A model generated the notes under the pieces. It did not search any database and was not told where the DNA came from. It was given only the letters and a program-made list of their open reading frames with translations. A stretch of DNA of 64,000 nt from NCBI GenBank assembly GCA_964016885.1, contig OZ024740.1, positions 431,458,001 through 431,522,000 on the forward strand, given 5' to 3'. Position numbers and translations under genes: made by a program. Positions 1-14,000 of this stretch are shown one piece after another. The DNA is from Eledone cirrhosa. Lineage: Eukaryota. Numbering within the stretch: the stretch's first letter is position 1; each line of letters starts with the position of its first letter.

Positions 1-2480
1 TTGAACGACATCCCAGGACCAGGTTGTGGTGTTGAACTCCGTTAAAGAGATCCCAGAAGTAGGTTGTGGTGTTGAACTCTGTTAAAGACATCCCAGGAGT
101 AGGTTGTGGTGTTGAACTTTGTTAAAGAGATCCCAGCAGTAGGTTGTGGTGTTGAACTCTGTTAAAGAGATCCCAGAAGTAGGTTGTGGTGTTGAACTCT
201 GTTAAAGACATCCCAGAAGTAGGTTGTGGTATTGAACTCTGTTAAAGACATCCCAGGAGTAGGTTGAGGTGTTGAACTCTGTTAAAGACATCCCAGGAGT
301 AGGTTGTAGTATTGAACTCTGTTAAAGACATCCCAGGAGTAGGTTGTGGTGTTGAACTCTGTTAAAGACATCCCAGGAGTAGGTTGTGGTGTTGAACTCT
401 GTTAAAGACTTCCAAGAAGTAGGTTGTTGTATTGAACTCTGTTAAAGACATCCCAGAAGTAGGTTGTGGTGCTGAACTCTGTTATAGACATCCCAGAAGT
501 AGGTTGTGGTGTTGAACTCTGTTATAGACATCCCAGAAGTAGGTTGTGGTGTTGAACTCTGTTAAAGACATCCCAGAAGTAGGTTGTGGTATTGAACTCT
601 GTTAAAGACATCTCAGGAGTAGGTTGTGGTGTTGAACTCTGTTAAAGACATTCGAGAGGTAGGTTGTGGTGTTGAACTCTGTTAAAGACATCCTAGAAGT
701 AGGTTGTGGTGTTGAACTCTGTTAAAGACATCCCAGGAGTAGGTTGTGGTCTTGAACTCCGTTAAAGACATCCCAGAAGTAGGTTGTGGTATTGAACTCT
801 GTTAAAGACATCCAAGGAGTAGCTTGTGGTGTTGAACTCTGTTAAAGACATCCCAGAAGTAGGTTGTGGTATTGAACTCTGTTAAAGACATCCCAGAAGT
901 AGGTTGTGGTATTGAACTCTGTTAAAGACATCACAGGAGTAGGTTGTGGTGTTGAACTCTGTTAAAGACATCCCAGGAGTAGGTTGTGGTATTGAACTCT
1001 GTGAACGACATCCCAGGACCAGGTTGTGGTGATGAACTCTGTTAAAGAGATCCCAGAAGTAGGTTGTGGTGTTGAACTCTGTTAAAGACATCCCAGGAGT
1101 AGGTTGTGGTGTTGAACCTTGTTAAAGAGATCCCAGCAGTAGGTTGTGGTGTTGAACTCTGTTAAAGACATCCCAGAAGTAGGTTGTGGTGTTGAACTCT
1201 GTTAAAGACATCCCAGAAGTAGGTTGTGGTATTGAACTCTGTTAAAGACATCCCAGGAGTAGGTTGAGGTGTTGAACTCTGTTAAAGACATCCCAGGAGT
1301 AGGTTGTAGTATTGAACTCTGTTAAAGACATCCCAGGAGTAGGTAGTGGTGTTGAACTCTGTTAAAGACATCCCAGGAATAGGTTGTGGTGTTGAACTCT
1401 GTTAAAGACTTCCCAGAAGTAGGTTGTTGTATTGAACTCTGTTAAAGACATCCCAGAAGTAGGTTGTGGTGCTGAACTCTGTTATAGACATCCCAGAAGT
1501 AGGTTGTGGTGTTGAACTCTGTTATAGACATCTCAGAAGTAGGTTGTGGTGTTGAACTCTGTTAAAGACATCCCAGAAGTAGGTTGTGGTATTGAACTCT
1601 TATTATAGACATCCTACGAGTAGGTTGTGGTGTTGAACTCTGTTAAAGACATCCCAGGAGTAGGTTGTGGTGTTGAACTCTGTTAAAGACATCCCAGGAG
1701 TAGGTTGTGGTATTGAACTCTATTAAAGACATCCTAGAAGTAGGTTGTGTTATTGAACTCTGTTAAAGACATCGCAGGAGTAGGTTGTGGTATTGAACTC
1801 TGTTAAAGACATCCCATTAGTAGGTTGTGGTGTTGAACTCTGTAAAAGACATCCCAGAAGTAGGTTGTGGTGTTGAACTCTGTTAAAGACATCCCAGAAG
1901 TAGGTTGTGGAGTAGAACTCTGTTAAAGACATCCTAGAAGTAGGTTGTGTTATTGAATTCTGTTAAAGACATCCCAGGAGTAGGTTGTGGTATTGAACTC
2001 TGTAAAAGACATCCAAGGAGTAGCTTGTGGTGTTGAACTCTGTTAAAGACATCCCAGAAGTAGGTTGTGGTATTGAACTCTGTTAAAGACATCCCAGAAG
2101 TAGGTTGTGGTATTGAACTCTGTTAAAGACATCTCAGGAGTAGGTTGTGGTGTTGAACTCTGTTAAAGACATCCCAGGAGTAGGTTGTGGTATTGAACTC
2201 TTTGAACGACATCCCAGGACCAGGTTGTGGTGTTGAACTCTGTTAAAGAGATCCCAGAAGTAGGTTGTGGTGTTGAACTCTGTTAAAGACATCCCAGGAG
2301 TAGGTTGTGGTGTTGAACTTTGTTAAAGAGATCCCAGCAGTAGGTTGTGGTGTTGAACTCTGTTAAAGACATCCCAGAAGTAGGTTGTGGTGTTGAACTC
2401 TGTTAAAGACATCTCAGAAGTAGTTGTGGTATTGAACTCTTTTAAAGACATCCCAGGAGTAGGTTGAGGTGTTGAACTCT

Positions 2481-5400
2481 GTTAAAGACATCCCAGGAGT
2501 AGGTTGTGGTGTTGAACTCTGTTAAAGACATCCCAGAAGTAGGTTGTGGAGTAGAACTCTGTTAAAGACATCCTAGAAGTAGATTGTGTTATTGAATTCT
2601 GTTAAAGACATCCCAGGAGTAGGTTGTGGTATTGAACTCTGTAAAAGACATCCAAGGAGTAGCTTGTGGTGTTGAACTCTGTTAAAGACATCCCAGAAGT
2701 AGGTTGTGGTATTGAACTCTGTTAAAGTCATCCCAGGAGTAGGTTGTGGTATTGAACTCTTTGAACGACATCCCAGGACCAGGTTGTGGTGTTGAACTCT
2801 GTTAAAGAGATCCCAGAAGTAGGTTGTGGTGTTGAACTCTGTTAAAGACATCCCAGGAGTAGGTTGTGGTGTTGAACTTTGTTAAAGAGATCCCAGCAGT
2901 AGGTTGTGGTGTTGAACTCTGTTAAAGAGATCCCAGAAGTAGGTTGTGGTGTTGAACTCTGTTAAAGACATCCCAGAAGTAGGTTGTGGTATTGAACTCT
3001 GTTAAAGACATCCCAGGAGTAGGTTGAGGTGTTGAACTCTGTTAAAGACATCCCAGGAGTAGGTTGTAGTATTGAACTCTGTTAAAGACATCCCAGGAGT
3101 AGGTTGTGGTGTTGAACTCTGTTAAAGACATCCCAGGAGTAGGTTGTGGTGTTGAACTCTGTTAAAGACTTCCCAGAAGTAGGTTGTTGTATTGAACTCT
3201 GTTAAAGACATCCCAGAAGTAGGTTGTGGTGCTGAACTCTGTTATAGACATCCCAGAAGTAGGATGTGGTGTTGAACTCTGTTATAGACATCCCAGAAGT
3301 AGGTTGTGGTGTTGAACTCTGTTAAAGACATCCCAGAAGTAGGTTGTGGTATTGAACTCTGTTAAAGACATCTCAGGAGTAGGTTGTGGTGTTGAACTCT
3401 GTTAAAGACATTCGAGAGGTAGGTTGTGGTGTTGAACTCTGTTAAAGACATCCTAGAAGTAGGTTGTGGTGTTGAACTCTGTTAAAGACATCCCAGGAGT
3501 AGGTTGTGGTCTTGAACTCCGTTAAAGACATCCCAGAAGTAGGTTGTGGTATTGAACTCTGTTAAAGACATCCCAGGAGTAGGTTGTGGTGTTGAACTCT
3601 GTTAAAGACATCCTAGAAGTAGGTTGTGGTGTTGAACTCTGTTAAAGACATCCTAGAAGTAGGTTGTGGTGTTGAACTCTGTTAAAGACATCCCAGAAGT
3701 AGGTTGTGGTATTGAACTCTGTTAAAGACATCTCAGGAGTAGGTTGTGGTGTTGAACTCTGTTAAAGACATCCCAAAAGTAGGTTGTGGTGTTGAACTCT
3801 GTTAAAGACATCCCAGAAGTAGGTTGTGGTGTTGAACTCTGTTAAAGACATCCCAGGCGTAGGTTGTGGTGTTGAACTCTGTTAAAGACATCTCAGAAGT
3901 AGGTCGTGGTATTGAACTCTTATTATAGACATCCTACGAGTAGGTTGTGGTGTTGAACTCTGTTAAAGACATCCCAGGAGTAGGTTGTGGTGTTGAACTC
4001 TGTTAAAGACATCCCAGGAGTAGGTTGTGGTATTGAACTCTATTAAAGACATCCTAGAAGTAGGTTGTGTTATTGAACTCTGTTAGAGACATCGCAGGAG
4101 TAGGTTGTGGTATTGAACTCTGTTAAAGACATCCCATTAGTAGGTTGTGGTGTTGAACTCTGTAAAAGACATCCCAGAAGTAGGTTGTGGTGTTGAACTC
4201 TGTTAAAGACATCCCAGAAGTAGGTTGTGGAGTAGAACTCTGTTAAAGACATCCTAGAAGTAGGTTGTGTTATTGAATTCTGTTAAAGACATCCCAGGAG
4301 TAGGTTGTGGTATTGAACTCTGTAAAAGACATCCAAGGAGTAGCTTGTGGTGTTGAACTCTGTTAAAGACATCCCAGAAGTAGGTTGTGGTATTGAACTC
4401 TGTTAAAGACATCCCAGGAGTAGGTTGTGGTATTGAACTCTGTTAAAGACATCCCAGGACCAGGTTGTGGTGTTGAACTCTGTTAAAGAGATCCCAGAAG
4501 TAGGTTGTGGTGTTGAACTCTGTTAAAGACATCCCAGGAGTAGGTTGTGGTGTTGAACTTTGTTAAAGAGATCCCAGCAGTAGGTTGTGGTGTTGAACTC
4601 TGTTAAAGAGATCCCAGAAGTAGGTTGTGGTGTTGAACTCTGTTAAAGACATCCCAGAAGTAGGTTGTGGTATTGAACTCTGTTAAAGACACCCCAGGAG
4701 TAGGTTGAGGTGTTGAACTCTGTTAAAGACATTCCAGGAGTAGGTTGTCGTATTGAACTCTGTTAAAGACATCCCAGGAGTAGGTTGTGGTGTTGAACTC
4801 TGTTAAAGACATCCCAGGAGTAGGTTGTGGTGTTGAACTCTGTTAAAGACTTCCCAGAAGTAGGTTGTTGTATTGAACTCTGTTAAAGACATCCCAGAAG
4901 TAGGTTGTGGTGCTGAACTCTGTTATAGACATCCCAGAAGTAGGTTGTGGTGTTGAACTCTGTTATAGACATCCCAGAAGTAGGTTGTGGTGTTGAACTC
5001 TGTTAAAGACATCCCAGAAGTAGGTTGTGGTATTGAACTCTGTTAAAGACATCTCAGGAGTAGGTTGTGGTGTTGAACTCTGTTAAAGACATTCGAGAGG
5101 TAGGTTGTGGTGTTGAACTCTGTTAAAGACATCCTAGAAGTAGGTTGTGGTGTTGAACTCTGTTAAAGACATCCCAGGAGTAGGTTGTGGTGTTGAACTC
5201 TGTTAAAGACATCCCAGAAGTAGGTTGTGGAGTAGAACTCTGTTAAAGACATCCTAGAAGTAGATTGTGTTACTAAATTCTGTTAAAGACATCCCAGGAG
5301 TAGGTTGTGGTATTGAACTCTGTAAAAGACATCCAAGGAGTAGCTTGTGGTGTTGAACTCTGTTAAAGACATCCCAGAAGTAGGTTGTGGTATTGAACTC

Positions 5401-7842
5401 TGTTAAAGTCATCCCAGGAGTAGGTTGTGGTATTGAACTCTTTGAACGACATCCCAGGACCAGGTTGTGGTGTTGAACTCTGTTAAAGAGATCCCAGAAG
5501 TAGGTTGTGGTGTTGAACTCTGTTAAAGACATCCCAGGAGTAGGTTGTGGTGTTGAACTTTGTTAAAGAGATCCCAGCAGTAGGTTGTGGTGTTGAACTC
5601 TGTTAAAGAGATCCCAGAAGTAGGTTGTGGTGTTGAACTCTGTTAAAGACATCCCAGAAGTAGGTTGTGGTATTGAACTCTGTTAAAGACATCCCAGGAG
5701 TAGGTTGAGGTGTTGAACTCTGTTAAAGACATCCCAGGAGTAGGTTGTAGTATTGAACTCTGTTAAAGACATCCCAGGAGTAGGTTGTGGTGTTGAACTC
5801 TGTTAAAGACATCCCAGGAGTAGGTTGTGGTGTTGAACTCTGTTAAAGACTTCCCAGAAGTAGGTTGTTGTATTGAACTCTGTTAAAGACATCCCAGAAG
5901 TAGGTTGTGGTGCTGAACTCTGTTATAGACATCCCAGAAGTAGGATGTGGTGTTGAACTCTGTTATAGACATCCCAGAAGTAGGTTGTGGTGTTGAACTC
6001 TGTTAAAGACATCCCAGAAGTAGGTTGTGGTATTGAACTCTGTTAAAGACATCTCAGGAGTAGGTTGTGGTGTTGAACTCTGTTAAAGACATTCGAGAGG
6101 TAGGTTGTGGTGTTGAACTCTGTTAAAGACATCCTAGAAGTAGGTTGTGGTGTTGAACTCTGTTAAAGACATCCCAGGAGTAGGTTGTGGTCTTGAACTC
6201 CGTTAAAGACATCCCAGAAGTAGGTTGTGGTATTGAACTCTGTTAAAGACATCCCAGGAGTAGGTTGTGGTGTTGAACTCTGTTAAAGACATCCTAGAAG
6301 TAGGTTGTGGTGTTGAACTCTGTTAAAGACATCCTAGAAGTAGGTTGTGGTGTTGAACTCTGTTAAAGACATCCCAGAAGTAGGTTGTGGTATTGAACTC
6401 TGTTAAAGACATCTCAGGAGTAGGTTGTGGTGTTGAACTCTGTTAAAGACATCCCAAAAGTAGGTTGTGGTGTTGAACTCTGTTAAAGACATCCCAGAAG
6501 TAGGTTGTGGTGTTGAACTCTGTTAAAGACATCCCAGGCGTAGGTTGTGGTGTTGAACTCTGTTAAAGACATCTCAGAAGTAGGTCGTGGTATTGAACTC
6601 TTATTATAGACATCCTACGAGTAGGTTGTGGTGTTGAACTCTGTTAAAGACATCCCAGGAGTAGGTTGTGGTGTTGAACTCTGTTAAAGACATCCCAGGA
6701 GTAGGTTGTGGTATTGAACTCTATTAAAGACATCCTAGAAGTAGGTTGTGTTATTGAACTCTGTTAGAGACATCGCAGGAGTAGGTTGTGGTATTGAACT
6801 CTGTTAAAGACATCCCATTAGTAGGTTGTGGTGTTGAACTCTGTAAAAGACATCCCAGAAGTAGGTTGTGGTGTTGAACTCTGTTAAAGACATCCCAGAA
6901 GTAGGTTGTGGAGTAGAACTCTGTTAAAGACATCCTAGAAGTAGGTTGTGTTATTGAATTCTGTTAAAGACATCCCAGGAGTAGGTTGTGGTATTGAACT
7001 CTGTAAAAGACATCCAAGGAGTAGCTTGTGGTGTTGAACTCTGTTAAAGACATCCCAGAAGTAGGTTGTGGTATTGAACTCTGTTAAAGACATCCCAGGA
7101 GTAGGTTGTGGTATTGAACTCTGTTAAAGACATCCCAGGACCAGGTTGTGGTGTTGAACTCTGTTAAAGAGATCCCAGAAGTAGGTTGTGGTGTTGAACT
7201 CTGTTAAAGACATCCCAGGAGTAGGTTGTGGTGTTGAACTTTGTTAAAGAGATCCCAGCAGTAGGTTGTGGTGTTGAACTCTGTTAAAGAGATCCCAGAA
7301 GTAGGTTGTGGTGTTGAACTCTGTTAAAGACATCCCAGAAGTAGGTTGTGGTATTGAACTCTGTTAAAGACACCCCAGGAGTAGGTTGAGGTGTTGAACT
7401 CTGTTAAAGACATTCCAGGAGTAGGTTGTCGTATTGAACTCTGTTAAAGACATCCCAGGAGTAGGTTGTGGTGTTGAACTCTGTTAAAGACATCCCAGGA
7501 GTAGGTTGTGGTGTTGAACTCTGTTAAAGACTTCCCAGAAGTAGGTTGTTGTATTGAACTCTGTTAAAGACATCCCAGAAGTAGGTTGTGGTGCTGAACT
7601 CTGTTATAGACATCCCAGAAGTAGGTTGTGGTGTTGAACTCTGTTATAGACATCCCAGAAGTAGGTTGTGGTGTTGAACTCTGTTAAAGACATCCCAGAA
7701 GTAGGTTGTGGTATTGAACTCTGTTAAAGACATCTCAGGAGTAGGTTGTGGTGTTGAACTCTGTTAAAGACATTCGAGAGGTAGGTTGTGGTGTTGAACT
7801 CTGTTAAAGACATCCTAGAAGTAGGTTGTGGTGTTGAACTCT
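2481..7842. repeat. Tandem segmental duplication, period 2681 bp (67 monomers); copies about 2481-5161 and 5162-7842
   Basis: Rare variants recur at a 2681 offset: AGATTGTGTT (2581/5262), AGGATGTGG (3261/5942), GTTAGAGAC (4082/6763), CACCCCAGG (4690/7371). ORF-track pairs 2573/5254 and 4070/6751 have the same offset. Confidence 0.9.
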
Positions 7843-10800
7843 GTTAAAGACATCCCAGGAGTAGGTTGTGGTCTTGAACTCCGTTAAAGACATCCCAGAA
7901 GTAGGTTGTGGTATTGAACTCTGTTAAAGACATCCCAGGAGTAGGTTGTGGTGTTGAACTCTGTTAAAGACATCCTAGAAGTAGGTTGTGGTGTTGAACT
8001 CTGTTAAAGACATCCTAGAAGTAGGTTGTGGTGTTGAACTCTGTTAAAGACATCCCAGAAGTAGGTTGTGGTATTGAACTCTGTTAAAGACATCTCAGGA
8101 GTAGGTTGTGGTGTTGAACTCTGTTAAAGACATCCCAAAAGTAGGTTGTGGTGTTGAACTCTGTTAAAGACATCCCAGAAGTAGGTTGTGGTGTTGAACT
8201 CTGTTAAAGACATCCCATTAGTAGGTTGTGGTGTTGAACTCTGTTAAAGACATCCCAGGAGTAGGTTGTGGTGTTGAACTCTGTTAAAGACATCCCAGGA
8301 GTAGGTTGTGGTATTGAACTCTATTAAAGACATCCTAGAAGTAGGTTGTGTTATTGAACTCTGTTAAAGACATCGCAGGAGTAGGTTGTGGTATTGAACT
8401 CTGTTAAAGACATCCCATTAGTAGGTTGTGGTGTTGAACTCTGTTAAAGACATCCCAGAAGTAGGTTGTGGTGTTGAACTCTGTTAAAGACATCCCAGAA
8501 GTAGGTTGTGGAGTAGAACTCTGTTAAAGACATCCCAGGAGTAGGTTGTGGTGTTGAACTCTGTTAAAGACATCCTAGAAGTAGGTTGTGTTATTGAATT
8601 CTGTTAAAGACATCCCAGGAGTAGGTTGTGGTATTGAACTCTGTTAAAGACATCCAAGGAGTAGCTTGTGGTGTTGAACTCTGTTAAAGACATCCCAGAA
8701 GTAGGTTGTGGTATTGAACTCTGTTAAAGACATCCCAGAAGTAGGTTGTGGTATTGTACTCTGTTAAAGACATCACAGGAGTAGGTTGTGGTGTTGAACT
8801 CTGTTAAAGACATCCCAGGAGTAGGTTGTGGTATTGAACTCTGTGAACGACATCCCAGGACCAGGTTGTGGTGATGAACTCTGTTAAAGAGATCCCAGAA
8901 GTAGGTTGTGGTGTTGAACTCTGTTAAAGACATCCCAGGAGTAGGTTGTGGTGTTGAACCTTGTTAAAGAGATCCCAGCAGTAGGTTGTGGTGTTGAACT
9001 CTGTTAAAGACATCCCAGAAGTAGGTTGTGGTGTTGAACTCTGTTAAAGACATCCCAGAAGTAGGTTGTGGTATTGAACTCTGTTAAAGACATCCCAGGA
9101 GTAGGTTGAGGTGTTGAACTCTGTTAAAGACATCCCAGGAGTAGGTTGTAGTATTGAACTCTGTTAAAGACATCCCAGGAGTAGGTTGTGGTGTTGAACT
9201 CTGTTAAAGACATCCCAGGAGTAGGTTGTGGTGTTGAACTCTGTTAAAGACTTCCCAGAAGTAGGTTGTTGTATTGAACTCTGTTAAAGACATCCCAGAA
9301 GTAGGTTGTGGTGCTGAACTCTGTTATAGACATCCCAGAAGTAGGTTGTGGTGTTGAACTCTGTTATAGACATCTCAGAAGTAGGTTGTGTTGTTGAACT
9401 CTGTTAAAGACATCCCAGAAGTAGGTTGTGGTATTGAACTCTTATTATAGACATCCTACGAGTAGGTTGTGGTGTTGAACTCTGTTAAAGACATCCCAGG
9501 AGTAGGTTGTGGTATTGAACTCTATTAAAGACATCCTAGAAGTAGGTTGTGTTATTGAACTCTGTTAAAGACATCGCAGGAGTAGGTTGTGGTATTGAAC
9601 TCTGTTAAAGACATCCCATTAGTAGGTTGTGGTGTTGAACTCTGTAAAAGACATCCCAGAAGTAGGTTGTGGTGTTGAACTCTGTTAAAGACATCCCAGA
9701 AGTAGGTTGTGGAGTAGAACTCTGTTAAAGACATCCTAGAAGTAGGTTGTGTTATTGAATTCTGTTAAAGACATCCCAGGAGTAGGTTGTGGTATTGAAC
9801 TCTGTAAAAGACATCCAAGGAGTAGCTTGTGGTGTTGAACTCTGTTAAAGACATCCCAGAAGTAGGTTGTGGTATTGAACTCTGTTAAAGACATCCCAGA
9901 AGTAGGTTGTGGTATTGAACTCTGTTAAAGACATCTCAGGAGTAGGTTGTGGTGTTGAACTCTGTTAAAGACATCCCAGGAGTAGGTTGTGGTATTGAAC
10001 TCTTTGAACGACATCCCAGGACCAGGTTGTGGTGTTGAACTCTGTTAAAGAGATCCCAGAAGTAGGTTGTGGTGTTGAACTCTGTTAAAGACATCCCAGG
10101 AGTAGGTTGTGGTGTTGAACTTTGTTAAAGAGATCCCAGCAGTAGGTTGTGGTGTTGAACTCTGTTAAAGACATCCCAGAAGTAGGTTGTGGTGTTGAAC
10201 TCTGTTAAAGACATCTCAGAAGTAGGTTGTGGTATTGAACTCTGTTAAAGACATCCCAGGAGTAGGTTGAGGTGTTGAACTCTGTTAAAGACATCCCAGG
10301 AGTAGGTTGTAGTGTTGAACTCTGTTAAAGACATCCCAGGAGTAGGTTGTGGTGTTGAACTCTGTTAAAGACATCCCAGGAGTAGGTTGTGGTGTTGAAC
10401 TCTGTTAAAGACTTCCCAGAAGTAGGTTGTTGTATTGAACTCTGTTAAAGTCATCCCAGAAGTAGGTTGTGGTGCTGAACTCTGTTATAGACATCCCAGA
10501 AGTAGGTTGTGGTGTTGAACTCTGTTATAGACATCCCAGAAGTAGGTTGTGGTGTTGAACTCTGTTAAAGACATCCCAGAAGTAGGTTGTGGTATTGAAC
10601 TCTGTTAAAGACATCCCAGGAGTAGGTTGTGGTGTTGAACTCTGTTAAAGACATCCCAGGAGTAGGTTGTGGTGTTGAACTCTGTTAAAGACTTCCCAGA
10701 AGTAGGTTGTTGTATTGAACTCTGTTAAAGACATCCCAGAAGTAGGTTGTGGTGCTGAACTCTGTTATAGACATCCCAGAAGTAGGTTGTGGTGTTGAAC

Positions 10801-11099
10801 TCTGTTATAGACATCTCAGAAGTAGGTTGTGGTGTTGAACTCTGTTAAAGACATCCCAGAAGTAGGTTGTGGTATTGAACTCTTATTATAGACATCCTAC
10901 GAGTAGGTTGTGGTGTTGAACTCTGTTAAAGACATCCCAGGAGTAGGTTGTGGTGTTGAACTCTGTTAAAGACATCCCAGGAGTAGGTTGTGGTATTGAA
11001 CTCTATTAAAGACATCCTAGAAGTAGGTTGTGTTATTGAACTCTGTTAAAGACATCGCAGGAGTAGGTTGTGGTATTGAACTCTGTTAAAGACATCCCA

Positions 11100-14000
11100 T
11101 TAGTAGGTTGTGGTGTTGAACTCTGTAAAAGACATCCCAGAAGTAGGTTGTGGTGTTGAACTCTGTTAAAGACATCCCAGAAGTAGGTTGTGGAGTAGAA
11201 CTCTGTTAAAGACATCCTAGAAGTAGGTTGTGTTATTGAATTCTGTTAAAGACATCCCAGGAGTAGGTTGTGGTATTGAACTCTGTAAAAGACATCCAAG
11301 GAGTAGCTTGTGGTGTTGAACTCTGTTAAAGACATCCCAGAAGTAGGTTGTGGTATTGAACTCTGTTAAAGACATCTCAGGAGTAGGTTGTGGTGTTGAG
11401 CTCTGTTAAAGACATCCCAGGAGTAGGTTGTGGTATTGAACTCTTTGAACGACATCCCAGGACCAGGTTGTGGTGTTGAACTCTGTTAAAGAGATCCCAG
11501 AAGTAGGTTGTGGTGTTGAACTCTGTTAAAGACATCCCAGGAGTAGGTTGTGGTGTTGAACTTTGTTAAAGAGATCCCAGCAGTAGGTTGTGGTGTTGAA
11601 CTCTGTTAAAGACATCCCAGAAGTAGGTTGTGGTGTTGAACTCTGTTAAAGACATCTCAGAAGTAGGTTGTGGTATTGAACTCTGTTAAAGACATCCCAG
11701 GAGTAGGTTGAGGTGTTGAACTCTGTTAAAGACATCCCAGGAGTAGGTTGTAGTATTGAACTCTGTTAAAGACATCCCAGGAGTAGGTTGTGGTGTTGAA
11801 CTCTGTTAAAGACATCCCAGGAGTAGGTTGTGGTGTTGAACTCTGTTAAAGACTTCCCAGAAGTAGGTTGTTGTATTGAACTCTGTTAAAGTCATCCCAG
11901 AAGTAGGTTGTGGTGCTGAACTCTGTTATAGACATCCCAGAAGTAGGTTGTGGTGTTGAACTCTGTTATAGACATCCCAGAAGTAGGTTGTGGTGTTGAA
12001 CTCTGTTAAAGACATCCCAGAAGTAGGTTGTGGTATTGAACTCTGTTAAAGACATCTCAGGAGTAGGTTGTGGTGTTGAACTCTGTTAAAGACATTCGAG
12101 AGGTAGGTTGTGGTGTTGAACTCTGTTAAAGACATCCTAGAAGTAGGTTGTGGTGTTGAACTCTGTTAAAGACATCCCAGGAGTAGGTTGTGGTCTTGAA
12201 CTCCGTTAAAGACATCCCAGAAGTAGGTTGTGGTATTGAACTCTGTTAAAGACATCCCAGGAGTAGGTTGTGGTGTTGAACTCTGTTAAAGACATCCTAG
12301 AAGTAGGTTGTGGTGTTGAACTCTGTTAAAGACATCCTAGAAGTAGGTTGTGGTGTTGAACTCCGTTAAAGACATCCCAGAAGTAGGTTGTGGTATTGAA
12401 CTCTGTTAAAGACATCTCAGGAGTAGGTTGTGGTGTTGAACTCTGTTAAAGACATCCCAAAAGTAGGTTGTGGTGTTGAACTCTGTTAAAGACATCCCAG
12501 AAGTAGTTTGTGGTGTTGAAGTCTGTTAAAGACATCCCATTAGTAGGTTGTGGTGTTGAACTCTGTTAAAGACATCTCAGAAGTAGGTCGTGGTATTGAA
12601 CTCTTATTATAGACATCCTACGAGTAGGTTGTGGTGTTGAACTCTGTTAAAGACATCCCAGGAGTAGGTTGTGGTGTTGAACTCTGTTAAAGACATCCCA
12701 GGAGTAGGTTGTGGTATTGAACTCTATTAAAGACATCCTAGAAGTAGGTTGTGTTATTGTACTCTGTTAAAGACATCGCAGGAGTAGGTTGTGGTATTGA
12801 ACTCTGTTAAAGACATCCCATTAGTAGGTTGTGGTGTTGAACTCTGTTAAAGACATCCCAGAAGTAGGTTGTGGTGTTGAACTCTGTTAAAGACATCCCA
12901 GAAGTAGGTTGTGGAGTAGAACTCTGTTAAAGACATCCCAGGAGTAGGTTGTGGTGTTGAACTCTTTGAACGACATCCCAGGACCAGGTTGTGGTGTTGA
13001 ACTCTGTTAAAGAGATCCCAGAAGTAGGTTGTGGTGTTGAACTCTGTTAAAGACATCCCAGGAGTAGGTTGTGGTGTTGAACTTTGTTAAAGAGATCCCA
13101 GCAGTAGGTTGTGGTGTTGAACTCTGTTAAAGACATCCCAGAAGTAGGTTGTGGTGTTGAACTCTGTTAAAGACATCTCAGAAGTAGGTTGTGGTATTGA
13201 ACTCTGTTAAAGACATCCCAGGAGTAGGTTGAGGTGTTGAACTCTGTTAAAGACATCCCAGGAGTAGGTTGTAGTATTGAACTCTGTTAAAGACATCGCA
13301 GGAGTAGGTTGTGGTATTGAACTCTGTTAAAGACATCCCATTAGTAGGTTGTGGTGTTGAACTCTGTAAAAGACATCCCAGAAGTAGGTTGTGGTGTTGA
13401 ACTCTGTTAAAGACATCCCAGAAGTAGTTTGTGGAGTAGAACTCTGTTAAAGACATCCTAGAAGTAGGTTGTGTTATTGAATTCTGTTAAAGACATCCCA
13501 GGAGTAGGTTGTGGTATTGAACTCTGTAAAAGACATCCAAGGAGTAGCTTGTGGTGTTGAACTCTGTTAAAGACATCCCAGAAGTAGGTTGTGGTATTGA
13601 ACTCTGTTAAAGACATCTCAGGAGTAGGTTGTGGTGTTGAACTCTGTTAAAGACATCCCAGGAGTAGGTTGTGGTATTGAACTCTTTGAACGACATCCCA
13701 GGACCAGGTTGTGGTGTTGAACTCTGTTAAAGAGATCCCAGAAGTAGGTTGTGGTGTTGAACTCTGTTAAAGACATCCCAGGAGTAGGTTGTGGTGTTGA
13801 ACTTTGTTAAAGAGATCCCAGCAGTAGGTTGTGGTGTTGAACTCTGTTAAAGACATCCCAGAAGTAGGTTGTGGTGTTGAACTCTGTTAAAGACATCTCA
13901 GAAGTAGGTTGTGGTATTGAACTCTGTTAAAGACATCCCAGGAGTAGGTTGAGGTGTTGAACTCTGTTAAAGACATCCCAGGAGTAGGTTGTAGTATTGA

